Part shown: positions 22,224 to 36,150 of the stretch, one piece after another
Layout: every line of letters starts with the position of its first letter
How positions within the stretch are numbered: the stretch's first letter is position 1
NCBI GenBank assembly: GCA_965655095.1
Contig: OZ296651.1
Location: forward strand, 5,642,001-5,706,000
Length of the DNA: 64,000 bases
From: Haplodiscus bocki
Lineage: Eukaryota
Reading direction: 5' to 3'
Notes under the pieces: generated by a model
The model's input: the letters and a program-made list of their open reading frames with translations, nothing else
Told to the model about the DNA's origin: nothing
Database searches by the model: none
Position numbers and translations under genes: made by a program

Positions 22224-24557
22224 CGCATTGTTCGGCAGGCCTTCAAAGCTCAGTGCAAACACGAATCAAGATAGGGTTCAACTCATTTCAAATGAAAAGA
22301 ATAACAAAGACTTGATATATCGCCACATCGAAGTGTTCGTAGCGTAACTAATCAGAAGTAAATATACGGGCTCTATCGGTTACGACAAACTATAGAGACC
22401 GGTCTGAAATTATACACAAAATCTCGTGAACCCGAGGCAAAAACTGCGCATAGTTTCAACGAGATCAGGAACGAAGAAAGCACTCTGCCTCAAAACATTT
22501 TACACCAGCGACTCGACATAGTCAAAATTGAAATGATCAGCAACAAAACGAAGTATCAACTTTCAATTTAGGGAAGGAAAGAAAAACAATGTCTATCATT
22601 CAAGAAGGTTCTTTATCGACACTGGATGAACTATCGTAGTGGGATGATAGTGTGGCTGCGACATGTCCAAGAAAAATTCAATTTTGAGCCTACTCCAACA
22701 GCAGAAGAAACTGAAAGAACGACCACGATCTGCGGAATACAGACCATGTCTACGTGGCTCCCGAACCAAAAAAAAACAAAACAGCCAAGACAGGACACGA
22801 CCACGCAATCTTCTACTAAGGAGTCAGACACCTTCTCCGTCAGTCCACGACGCTCAAGTTCGTGCGGTTTTCAAAGCTCCATGCGATCACATATCAAGAT
22901 AAGGTTTAACTCATTCCTAAAGAAAAGGATAGGAAGGACTTGACATATCGCGACATCGAAGTGTTCGTCGTGTAACTAATCAAAAGTACATATATGGACT
23001 ATATCGGTTAGGACAAACTAAAACGACCGGCCTGAAGATATACACATATACTCGCGAACTCGAGGCAAAAAGTGCGCATAGTTTCCAAAAACTCAGAAAC
23101 CAGGTAAGCACTCTCCCTCAAAACATTTTACACCAGCGAATCTACATACTCAAATTCGAAAAGAACAGCAAGAAAAAAGTTTAGTCTTTCAATTTACGGA
23201 GGGACAGAAAAACAATATCAATCGTTAGAGATTGTTTTCCATCGAAAAAGAGTGAACTATCGTAGTGGAATGATAGTGTGGCTGCGACATATCCCATGAA
23301 AATTCAATTTTAAATCTACTCCAATAGCATATCAAACTAAAAAAAAGACCAGATTCTGCCAATCCACACCATGTCAATGTACCTAAGAAATAAAAAAAAC
23401 CAAGACAGCCATGTCAGGACTCAAACTCACAACCTTCCCTTAAAGAGTCAGACGCCTTCTCCTTTATGCCACGCATCTCACGTCCTTCGAAAGTTCTTAA
23501 AAGCTCCATGCAAATACGAATCAAGATGAGGATTAACTCATGGCAAAAGAAAACAATAAGAAGGACATGATATATCGCCACATCGAAGAGTTCGTTGCGT
23601 TAACCAATCAGAAGTAAATATACGGGCTATATCGGTTACGACAAACTGTAGAGACCGGCCGGAAGATATACAGAAAGACTCGCGAACCCGAGGCGAAAGT
23701 GCGCATAGTTTCCAAAAATTCAGGAACCAGGTAAACACTCTCCCTCAAAACATTTTACACCAGCGATTAGACATAGGCAAATTTGAATTGAACAGCAACA
23801 AAATGAAAATTGAACTGTCAATTTACGGAGGGACAGAAAAACAAACTTCAACAATAAAAAATGTTCTCCATCGAAAATGAGTGAACTATTGTAGTGGGAT
23901 TGGGTGGCTGCGACAAGTCCAATAAAAATTCAATCTTGAGTCTACTCTCACATCAGAGAAACTGAAAAAAAGACCAGTTTCTGCCAATACACACCATGTC
24001 TACAAAGCTACCAACCAAAAACAAAACAAAACAGCCACGACAAGACTCAAACCCGCAATCTTCTACTTACGAATCAGACTCTTTCTCCAATAGTCCACGC
24101 TGCTGGCGTTTTTTGGCAGGCCTCCAAAGGTTCATGCAACCACGCATCAAGATAAGGCTTAACTCATGGCAAATGAAAACAATAAGAAGGACTTGATATA
24201 TCGCCACATCGAAGAGTTCGTTGCGTAAACCAATCAGAAGTAAATATACGGGCTAATCGGTTAGGACAAACTGAAACGACCGGCCTGAAGATATACACAT
24301 ATACTCGCAAACCCGACGCAAAAAGGGACAGAAAAACAATATCTATCATTAGAGATAGTTCTCCATCGAAAAAGAGTGAACTATCGTAGTTCTCCATCGA
24401 AAAAGAGTGAACTATCGTAGTGGGATAGTGTGGCTGCGACAGGTCCCATTAAAAATCAATTTTGAGTCTACTCTGACATCAGAAGAAACAGAAAAAATGG
24501 ACAGGATCTGCCAATACACACCATGTCTACGTACCTACCAAATAAAAAAAAACAAAA

Positions 24558-24630
24558 CAGCCACAACAGAGCTCGAACCCCCAATCTTCTACTTAGGAGT
24601 CGGACGCCTTCTCCATTAGTCCACGACGCT
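24558..24630 (-). pseudogene. tRNA-Arg(CCT) pseudogene, representative of the 24.5-32 kb subfamily
   Basis: AGCGTCG TG GACT AATGGAGA AGGC G TCCGA CTCCTAA GTAGA AGATT GGGGG TTCGAGC TCTGT TGTGGCT G. Loop CTCCTAA is kept; all four stems have mismatches. Near-identical copies are at 29490, 30102 and 31962. Confidence 0.78.
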
Positions 24631-27600
24631 CACGTTCGACAGGTCTTCAAAGCTCCATGCAAACACAAATCAAGATAAGGTTTAACTCATTGCTAATGAA
24701 AAGGATAGGAAGGACTTGATATATCGCGACATCGAAGTGTTCGTCGCGTAACTAATCAAAAGTAAATATATGGGCTATATCGGTTAGGACAAACTGTAGA
24801 GACCGGTCTGAAAATATACACAAAAACTAGCGATCCCGAGGCAAAAAGTGCGCATAGTTTCTAAAAACTCAGGAACCAGGTAAGCACTCTTCCTCGAAAC
24901 ATTTTACACCAGCGAGTCTACATACTCAAATTCGATAAGACCAGCAACAAAAAAATGGGCTTTCAATTTACGCAGGGACAGAAAAACAATTCCCATCATT
25001 AGAGATTGTTCTCCATCGAAAGATAGTGAACTAACGTAGTGGAATGATAGTGTGGCTGCGAAATGTCACAGAAAAATTCAATTTTGAGTCTACTCTCATA
25101 TCAGAAAAACCTGAGAAAAAACACCAGGATCTGCCGCCAATACACACCATCTCTACGTAGCTACCGAACCAAAAAAAATAAGTCACGACACGACTCGAAC
25201 CCCCAATCTTTTACATAGGAGTCAGACACCTTCTCCATTAGGCCATGCGCTCACGTTCGAGAGGTCTTCAAAGCTTCATGCAAACACGCATCAATATAAG
25301 GTTTAACTCATGGCAAATAAAAAGGATAAGAAGGACTTGATATATCGCAACATCGAAGTCTTCGCTGCGTAACTAATCAGAAATTAATATACGGGCCATA
25401 TCGGTTTGAACAAACTGAAGCGACGCGCCTGCAGGTATACAGAGTTACTCGCGAACCGGAGGCAAAAAGTGAGCATACTTTCCACAAGATCAGGAACCAG
25501 GAAAGCACTCTGCCTCAAAACATTTTACACCGGCGACTCGACATAGTCAAACTTGAAGTGACCAGCAAAAAAAGTTTAGGCTCTCAATTTACGGAGGGAC
25601 AGAAAAACAATATCCATCATTAGAGATTGTTCTCCATCGAAAAAGAGTGAACTATCGTAGCGGGATAGTGTGGCTGCGACATGTCCCACAAAAATTCAAT
25701 TTTGAGTCTACTCTGACATCAGAAGAAACTGAAAAATTGGACAGGATCTGCCAATACACACCATGTCTACGTAGCTACCAATTAAAAAAACAAAACAGCC
25801 ACGACAGAGCTCGAACCCCCAATCTTCTACTTAGGAGTCGGACGCCTTTTCCATTAGTTCACGACCCTCACGTTTGACTGGTTTTCAAAGCTCCACGCAA
25901 ACACAAATCAAGATAAGGTTTAACTCATTGCTAAAGAAAAGGATAGGAAGGACTTGATAAATCGCGACAACGAAGTGTTCGCCGCGTAACTAATCAAAAG
26001 TACATATTTGGGCTGTACCGGTTACGACAAATTGAACAGATCGGCCAAAAGATACACACAAAGACTCGCGAACACGAGGCAAAAAGTGCGCATAATTTCC
26101 AAAAATTCAGGAACCAGGTAAGCACTCTCCCTCAAAACATTTTACACCAGCGAGTCTACATACTCAAATTCGATATGACCAGCAAAAAAAGTTTAGGCTT
26201 CAATTTACGGAGGGACAGAAAAACAATATTCATCATTAGAGATTGTTCTCCATCGAAAAAGAGTGAACTATCGTAGCGGGATAGTGTGGCTGCGACATGT
26301 CCCACAAAAATTCAATTTTGAGTCTACTCTGACATCAGAAGAAACTGAAAAAATGGCCAGGATCTGCCAATACACACCATGTCTACGTAGCTACCAAATA
26401 AAAAAAAACACCCACGACAGGTCTCGAACCCCAAATCTTCTACTTAGGAGTCGAAAGCCTTCTCCATTAGTCCACGATGCTCATGTTCGACAGGTCTTCA
26501 AAGCTCCATGCAAACACAAATCAAGATAAGGTTTAAATCATTGCTAAAGAAAAGGATAGGAAGGACTTGATAAATCGCGACATCGAAGTGTTCGCCGCGT
26601 AACTAATCAAAAGTACATATATGGGCTATATCGGTTAGGACAAATTGAACAAATCGGCCCAAAGATACACACAAAGACTCGCAAACCCGAGGCAACAAGT
26701 GCGCATAGTTTCCAAAAATTCAGAAACCAGGTAAGCATTCTCCCTCAAAACATTTTACACCAGCGAGTCCACATACTCAAATTCGATATGACCAGCAAAA
26801 AAAAGTTTAGGCTTTCAATTTACGGAGGGACAGAAAAACAATATCTATCATTAGAGATAGTTCTCCATCGAAAAAAAGTGAACTATCGTAGCGGGATAGT
26901 GTGGCTGCGACATGTCCCACAAAAATTCAATTTTGAGTCTACTCTGACATCAGAAGAAACTGAAAAAATGGACAGGATCTGCCAATACACACCATGTCTA
27001 CGTAGCTACCAAATCAAAAAAAAACACCCACGACAGGTCTCGAACCCCAAATCTTCTACTTAGGAGTCGAACGCCTTCTCCATTAGTCCACGATGCTCAC
27101 GTTCGACAGGTCTTCAAAGCTCCATGCAAACACAAATCAAGATAAGGTTTAAATCATTGCTAAAGAAAAGGATAGGAAGGACTTGATAAATCGCGACAAC
27201 GAAGTGTTCGCCGCGTAACTAATCAAAAGTACATATTTGGGCTGTAGCGGTTACGACAAATTGAACAGATCGGCCAAAAGATACACACAAAGACTCGCGA
27301 ACACGAGGCAAAAAGTGCGCATAATTTCCAAAAATTCAGGAACCAGGTAAGCACTCTCCCTCAAAACATTTTACACCAGCGAGTCTACATACTCAAATTC
27401 GATATGACCAGCAAAAAAAGTTTAGGCTTCAATTTACGGAGGGACAGAAAAACAATATTCATCATTAGAGATTGTTCTCCATCGAAAAAGAGTGAACTAT
27501 CGTAGCGGGATAGTGTGGCTGCGACATGTCCCACAAAAATTCAATTTTGAGTCTACTCTGACATCAGAAGAAACTGAAAAAATGGCCAGGATCTGCCAAT

Positions 27601-30600
27601 ACACACCATGTCTACGTAGCTACCAAATCAAAAAAAAACAGCCACGACAGGTCTCGAACCCCAAATCTTCTACTTAGGAGTCGGACGCCTTCTCCATTAG
27701 TTCACGACCCTCACGTTTGACTGGTTTTCAAAGCTCCACGCAAACACAAATCAAGATAAGGTTTAACTCATTGCTAAAGAAAAGGATAGGAAGGACTTGA
27801 TAAATCGCGACATCGAAGTGTTCGCCGCGTAACTAATCAAAAGTACATATATGGGCTATATCGTTTAGGACAAATTGAACAAATCGGCCCAAAGATACAC
27901 ACAAAGACTCGCAAACCCGAGGCAACAAGTGCGCATAGTTTCCAAAAATTCAGAAACCAGGTAAGCATTCTCCCTCAAAACAATTTACACCAGCGAGTCC
28001 ACATACTCAAATTCGATATGACCAGCAAAAAAAAGTTTAGGCTTTCAATTTACGGAGGGACAGAAAAACAATATCTATCATTAGAGATAGTTCTCCATCA
28101 AAAAAAAGTGAACTATCGTAGCGGGATAGTGTGGCTGCGACAGGTCCCATTAAAATTCAATTTTGAGTCTACTCTGACATCAGAAGAAACTGAAAAAATG
28201 GCCAGGATCTGCCAATACACACCATGTCTACGTAGCTACCAAATAAAAAAAAAACAAAACAGCCACGACAGAGCTCGAACCCCCAATCTTCTACTTAGGA
28301 GTCGGACGCCTTCTCCATTAGTTCACGACCCTCACGTTTGACTGGTTTTCAAAGCTCCACGCAAACACAAATCAAGATAAGGTTTAACTCATTGCTAAAG
28401 AAAAGGATAGGAAGGACTTGATAAATCGCGACAACGAAGTGTTCGCCGCGTAACTAATCAAAAGTACATATTTGGGCTATACCGGTTCGGACAAATTGAA
28501 CAGATCGGCCAAAAGATACACACAAAGACTCGCGAACACGAGGCAAAAAGTGCGCATAGTTTCCAAAAATTCAGGAACCAGGTAAGCACTCTCCCTCAAA
28601 ACATTTTACACCATCGAGTCTAAATACTCAAATTCGATACGACCAGCAACAAAAGTTTAGGCTCTCAATTTACGGAGGGACAGAAAAACAATATCCATCA
28701 TTAGAGATTGTTCTCCATCGAAAAAGAGTGAACTATCGTAGCGGGATAGTGTGGCTGCGACATGTCCCACAAAAATTCAATTTTGAGTCTACTCTGACAT
28801 CAGAAGAAACTGAAAAAATGGCCAGGATCTGCCAATACACACCATGTCTAAGTAGCTACCAAATAAAAAAAACACCCACGACAGGTCTCGAACCCCAAAT
28901 CTTCTACTTAGGAGTCGGACGCCTTCTCCATTAGTCCACGATGCTCACGTTCGACAGGTCTTCAAAGCTCCATGCAAACACAAATCAAGATAAGGTTTAA
29001 ATCATTGCTAATGAAAAGGATAGGAAGGAGTTGATAAATCGCGACATCGAAGTGTTCGCCGCGTAACTAATCAAAAGTACATATATGGGCTATATCGGTT
29101 AGGAGAAATTGAACAGATCGGCCAAAAGATACACACAAAGACTCGCAAACCCGAGGCAACAAGTGCGCATAGTTTCCAAAAATTCAGAAACCAGGTAAGC
29201 ATTCTCCCTCAAAACATTTTACACCAGCGAGTCCACATACTCAAATTCGATATGACCAGCAAAAAAAGTTTAGGCTTTCAATTTACGGAGGGACAGAAAA
29301 ACAATATCTAACATTAGAGATAGTTCTCCATCGAAAAAGAGTGAACTATCGTGGTGGGATAATGTGGCTGCGACAGGTCCCATTAAAATTCAATCTTGAG
29401 TCTACTCTGACATCAGAAGATACAGAAAAAAACAAGGATCTGCCAATACACACCATGTCTACCTAGCTACCAAATAAAAAAAATCAAAACAGCCACAACA
29501 GAGCTCGAACCCCCAATCTTCTACTTAGGAGTCGGACGCCTTCTCCATTAGTCCACGACGCTCACGTTCGACAGGTCTTCAAAGCTCCATGCAAACACAA
29601 ATCAAGATAAGGTTTAACTCATTGCTAATGAAAAGGATAGGAAGGACTTGATATATCGCGACATCGAAGTGTTCGTCGCGTAACTAATCAAAAGTACATA
29701 TATGGGCTTAATCAGTTAGGACAAATTGAACAGATCGGCCAAAAGATACACACAAAGACTCGCGAACCCAAGGCAAAAAGTGCGCATAGTTTCCAAAAAT
29801 TCAGGAACCAGGAAAGCACTCTGCCTCAAAACATTTTACACCGGCGACTCGACATAGTCAAATTCGATATGACCAGCAAAAAAAGTTTAGGCTTTCAATA
29901 TACGGAGGGACAGAAAAACAATATCTATCATTAGAGATAGTTCTCCATCGAAAAACAGTGAACTATCGTAGTGGGACAGTGTGGCTGCGACAGGTCCCAT
30001 TAAAATTCAATTTTGAGTCTACTCTGACATCAGACAGAAAAAAACCGGGATCTGCCAATACACACCATGTCTACGTAGCTACCAAATAAAAAAAAACAAA
30101 ACAGACACAACAGAGCTCGAACCCCCAATCTTCTACTTAGGAGTCGGACGCCTTCTCCATTAGTCCACGACGCTCACGTTCGACAGGTCTTCAAAGCTCC
30201 ATGCAAACACAAATCAAGATAAGGTTTAACTCATTGCTAATGAAAAGGATAGGAAGGACTTGATATATCGCGACATCGAAGTGTTCGTCGCGTAACTAAT
30301 CAAAAGTAAATATATGGGCTATATCGGTTAGGACAAACTGTAGAGACCGGTCTGAAAATATACACAAAAACTAGCGATCCCGAGGCAAAAAGTGCGCATA
30401 GTTTCTAAAAACTCAGGAACCAGGTAAGCACTCTTCCTCGAAACATTTTACACCAGCGAGTCTACATACTCAAATTCGATAAGACCAGCAACAAAAAAAT
30501 GGGCTTTCAATTTACGCAGGGACAGAAAAACAATTCCCATCATTAGAGATTGTTCTCCATCGAAAGATAGTGAACTAACGTAGTGGAATGATAGTGTGGC

Positions 30601-33203
30601 TGCGAAATGTCACAGAAAAATTCAATTTTGAGTCTACTCTCATATCAGAAAAACCTGAGAAAAAACACCAGGATCTGCCGCCAATACACACCATCTCTAC
30701 GTAGCTACCGAACCAAAAAAAATAAGTCACGACACGACTCGAACCCCCAATCTTTTACATAGGAGTCAGACACCTTCTCCATTAGGCCATGCGCTCACGT
30801 TCGAGAGGTCTTCAAAGCTTCATGCAAACACGCATCAATATAAGGTTTAACTCATGGCAAATAAAAAGGATAAGAAGGACTTGATATATCGCAACATCGA
30901 AGACTTCGCTGCGTAACTAATCAGAAATTAATATACGGGCCATATCGGTTTGAACAAACTGAAGCGACGCGCCTGCAGGTACACAGAGTTACTCGCGAAC
31001 CGGAGGCAAAAAGTGAGCATACTTTCCACAAGATCAGGAACCAGGAAAGCACTCTGCCTCAAAACATTTTACACCGGCGACTCGACATAGTCAAACTTGA
31101 AGTGACCAGCAACAAAAAAAGCTGAGGCATTCAATTTATGGAAGGGCAGAAAAACAATATCTATCATTAGAGATTGTTCTCCATCGAAAATGAATGAACT
31201 AAAGTAGCGGGATAGTGTGGCTGCGACATGTCCCATCAAAATTCAATTTTGAGTCTACTCTCAGATCAGAAGAAACTGAGCAAAAGACCAGGATCTGCCA
31301 ATACACACCATGTCTACGTAGCGACCAAACCAAAAAAAAAATCAGCTACGACAGGACTCGAACCCCAAATCTTCTACTTAGGAGTCGGGCGCCTTCTCCA
31401 TTAGTCCACGATGCTCACGTTCGACAGGTCTTCAAAGCTCCATGCAAACACAAATCAAGATAAGGTTTAAATCATTGCTAATGAAAAGGATAGGAAGGAG
31501 TTGATAAATCGCGACATCGAAGTGTTCGCCGCGTAACTAATCAAAAGTACATATATGGGCTATATCGGTTAGGAGAAATTGAACCGATCGGCCAAAAGAT
31601 ACACACAAAGACTCGCAAACCCGAGGCAACAAGTGCGCATAGTTTCCAAAAATTCAGAAACCAGGTAAGCATTCTCCCTCAAAACATTTTACACCAGCGA
31701 CTCCACATACTCAAATTCGATATGACCAGCAAAAAAAGTTTAGGCTTTCAATTTACGGAGGGACAGAAAAACAATATCTATCATTAGAGATAGTTCTCCA
31801 TCGAAAAAGAGTGAACTATCGTGGTGGGATAGTGTGGCTGCGACAGGTCCCATTAAAATTCAATCTTGAGTCTACTCTGACATCAGAAGATACAGAAAAA
31901 AAACAAGAATCTGCCAATACACACCATGTCTACGTAGCTACCAAATAAAAAAAAATCAAAACAGCCACAACAGAGCTCGAACCCCCAATCTTCTACTTAG
32001 GAGTCGGACGCCTTCTCCATTAGTCCACGACGCTCACGTTCGACAGGTCTTCAAAGCTCCATGCAAACACAAATCAAGATAAGGTTTAACTCATTGCTAA
32101 TGAAAAGGATAGGAAGGACTTGATATATCGCGACATCGAAGTGTTCGTCGCGTAACTAATCAAAAGTAAATATATGGGCTATATCGGTTAGGACAAACTG
32201 TACAGACCGGTCTGAAAATATACACAAAAACTAGCGATCCCGAGGCAAAAAGTGCGCATAGTTTCTAAAAACTCAGGAACCAGGTAAGCACTCTTCCTCG
32301 AAACATTTTACACCAGCGAGTCTACATACTCAAATTCGATAAGACCGGCAACAAAAAAATGGGCTTTCAATTTACGCAGGGACAGAAAAACAATTCCCAT
32401 CATTAGAGATTGTTCTCCATCGAAAAAGAGTGAACTATCGTAGCGGGATAGTGTGGCTGCGACATGTCCCACAAAAATTCAATTTTGAGTCTACTCTCAT
32501 ATCAGAAAAACCTGAGAAAAAACGCCAGGATCTGCCGCCAATACACACCATCTCTACGTAGCTACCGAACCAAAAAAAAATCAGCCACGACACTACTCGA
32601 ACCCACAATCTTTTACATAGGAGTCAGACGCCTTCTCCATTAGGCCACGACGCTCACGTTCGCCAGGTCTTCAGAGCTCAATGCAAACACGCATCAAGAT
32701 AAGGTTTAACTCATGGCAAATAATAAAAAGGATAAGAAGGACTTGATATATCGCAACATCGAAGTCTTCGCTGCGTAACCAATCAGAAATTAATATACGG
32801 GCCATATCGGTTTGAACAAACTGAAGCGACGCGCCTGCAGGTATACAGAGTTACTCGCGAACCGGAGGCAAAAAGTGAGCATATTTTCCACGAGATCAGG
32901 AACCAGGAAAGCACTCTGCCTCAAAACATTTTAAACCGGCGACTCGACATAGTCAAACTTGAAGTGACCAGCAACAAAAAAAGCTGAGGCATTCAATTTA
33001 TGGAAGGGCAGAAAAACAATATCTATCATTAGAGATTGCTCTACATCGAAAATGAGTGAACTATCGTAGCGGGATAGTGTGGCTGCGACATGTCCCATCA
33101 AAATTCAATTTTGAGTCTACTCTCAGATCAGAAGAAACTGAGCAAAAGACCAGTATCTGCCAATACACACCATGTCTACGTAGCGACCAAACCAAAAGAA
33201 AAT

Positions 33204-33276
33204 CAGCTACGACAGGACTCGAATCCGCAACCTTCTATCTAGGAGGCAGACGCCTTCTCCATTAGTCCACGCTTCT
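33204..33276 (-). pseudogene. tRNA-Arg(CCT) pseudogene
   Basis: Colinear with the consensus, loop CTCCTAG, with mismatches in the acceptor stem and elsewhere. Confidence 0.75.
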
Positions 33277-33559
33277 CACGCTTCCTGGCAGGCCTTGAAA
33301 GCTCCATGAAAACAAGCATCAAAATAAAGTTCAACTCATGTCAAATGAAAAGATCAAGAAAGACTTGATATTTCGCCACATCGAAGAGTTCGTTGCGTAA
33401 ACTAATCAGAAGTTAATATACGGGCTAAAACTATTACGACAAACTGAACGGACCGGCCTGAAGATATACACAAAGACTCGTGAATCCGAGGCCAAAAGTT
33501 CGCATAGTTTCCCAAATTTTAGAAACCAGGAAAGGTCTCTCCCTCAAAACATTTTACAC

Positions 33560-36150
33560 CAGCGAGTCTAAATGCTCAAAGTGGAATTGACCAGCAACAA
33601 AAAAAGTTAAGGCTTTCAATTTACGGAGGGACAGAAAAACAATATCAATCATTAGAGATTGTTTTCCATCGAAAATGAGTGAACTATCGTAGTGGGATAG
33701 TGTGGCTGCGGCATGTCTCATCAAAATTCAATTTTGAGTCTACTCCCACATCAGAAGAAACTGAGAAAAAGACCAGGATCTGCCAATACACACCATGTCT
33801 ACGTAGCTACCTAACCAGAAAAAAATCAGCCACGACACCACTCAAACCCCCAATCTTCAACTTAGGAGTCATAGGCCTTCTCCATAAAGCCAGGCGGCTG
33901 ACGTTCTTTGCCAGGCCTTCGAAGCTCCATGAAAACACGCATCAAGATAAAGGTCAACTATTGTCAAATGAAAAGATCAACAGAGACTTGATATATCGCC
34001 ACATCAAAGAGCTCGTTGCGTTTCAACATCAGAAGTAAATATACGGGCGATATCGGTTAGGGCAAACTAAATAGGCCGGCCTGAAGATATACACATATAC
34101 TAGCGAACTCCAGGCAAAAAGCGCGCATAGTTTCCAAAAAATCAGGAACCAGGTAAGCATTCTGCCTGAAAACATTTCACACCAGCGACTCGACATAGTC
34201 AAATTTGAAGTGACCAGCAACAAAAAAAAGCTTAGCCATTCAATTTACGGAAAGACAAAAACAATATCTATCATTAAAAATATCATTAAAAATATCTTCA
34301 TTGAAAATGAGTGAACTATCGTAGTGGGAAAAGTGTGACTGCGACATGTCCCATAAAAATTCAATTTTGAGCCTACTCTCACATCAGAAGAAACTGAGAA
34401 AAAGACCAGGATCTGCCAATACACACCATGTCTACGTAGCCACCAAACCAGAAAAAAATCAGCCACGACACGACTCGAACCCGCAATCTTCTACTTAGGA
34501 GTCATACGCCTTCTCCATGAAGCCAGGGGACTCAAGTTCTTTGGCAGGCCTTCAAAGCTCAATGCAAACACGCATCAAGATAAGGTTCAGCCCATGTCAA
34601 AAGAAAAGAAAAACAAAGACTTGATATATCGCCACATCGAAGAGTTCGTTGCGTAAACTAATCAGAAGTCAATATACGGGCTAAAACTATAACGACAAAC
34701 TAAACAGAACGGCCTGAAGATATACACAAAGACTCGTGAATCCGAGGCAAAAAGTGCGCATAGTTTCCCAAATTTCAGAAACCAGGAAAGCACTCTCCCT
34801 CAAAACATTTTACACCAGCGAGTCTAAATGCTCAAAGTGGAATTGACCAGCAACAAAAAAAAGTTTAGGCTTTCAATTTACGGAGGGACAGAAAAACAAT
34901 ATCAATCATTAGAGATTGTTTTCCATCGAAAATGAGTGAACTATCGTAGTGGGATAGTGTGGCTGCGGCATGTCTCATCAAAATTCAATTTTGAGTCTAC
35001 TCCCACATCAGAAGAAACTGAGAAAAAGACCAGGATCTGCCAATACACACCATGTCTACGTAGCTACCTAACCAGAAAAAAATCAGCCACGACACCACTC
35101 AAACCCCCAATCTTCAACTTAGGAGTCATAGGCCTTCTCCATAAAGCCAGGCGGCTGACGTTCTTTGCCAGGCCTTCGAAGCTCCATGAAAACACGCATC
35201 AAGATAAAGGTCAACTATTGTCAAATGAAAAGATCAACAGAGACTTGATATATCGCCACATCAAAGAGCTCGTTGCGTTTCAACATCAGAAGTAAATATA
35301 CGGGCGATATCGGTTAGGGCAAACTAAATAGGCCGGCCTGAAGATATACACATATACTAGCGAACTCCAGGCAAAAAGCGCGCATAGTTTCCAAAAAATC
35401 AGGAACCAGGTAAGCATTCTGCCTGAAAACATTTCACACCAGCGACTCGACATAGTCAAATTTGAAGTGACCAGCAACAAAAAAAAGCTTAGCCATTCAA
35501 TTTACGGAAAGACAAAAACAATATCTATCATTAAAAATATCATTAAAAATATCTTCATTGAAAATGAGTGAACTATCGTAGTGGGAAAAGTGTGACTGCG
35601 ACATGTCCCATAAAAATTCAATTTTGAGCCTACTCTCACATCAGAAGAAACTGAGAAAAAGACCAGGATCTGCCAATACACACCATGTCTACGTAGCCAC
35701 CAAACCAGAAAAAAATCAGCCACGACACGACTCGAACCCGCAATCTTCTACTTAGGAGTCATACGCCTTCTCCATGAAGCCAGGGGACTCAAGTTCTTTG
35801 GCAGGCCTTCAAAGCTCAATGCAAACACGCATCAAGATAAGGTTCAGCCCATGTCAAAAGAAAAGAAAAACAAAGACTTGATATATCGCCACATCGAAGA
35901 GTTCGTTGCGTAAACTAATCAGAAGTCAATATACGGGCTAAAACTATAACGACAAACTAAACAGAACGGCCTGAAGATATACACAAAGACTCGTGAATCC
36001 GAGGCAAAAAGTGCGCATAGTTTCCCAAATTTCAGAAACCAGGAAAGCACTCTCCCTCAAAACATTTTACACCAGCGAGTCTAAATGCTCAAAGTGGAAT
36101 TGACCAGCAACAAAAAAAAGTTTAGGCTTTCAATTTACGGAGGGACTGAA
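33560..36150. repeat. Higher-order repeat: two copies of a 2-unit, 1257-bp block, with a related third copy at ~36,790-37,780
   Basis: Identical ORFs at 33679/34936, 34029/35286 and 34245/35502, plus a shared 12-bp duplication tatcattaaaaa at ~34269 and ~35526. Boundaries are approximate. Confidence 0.88.
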
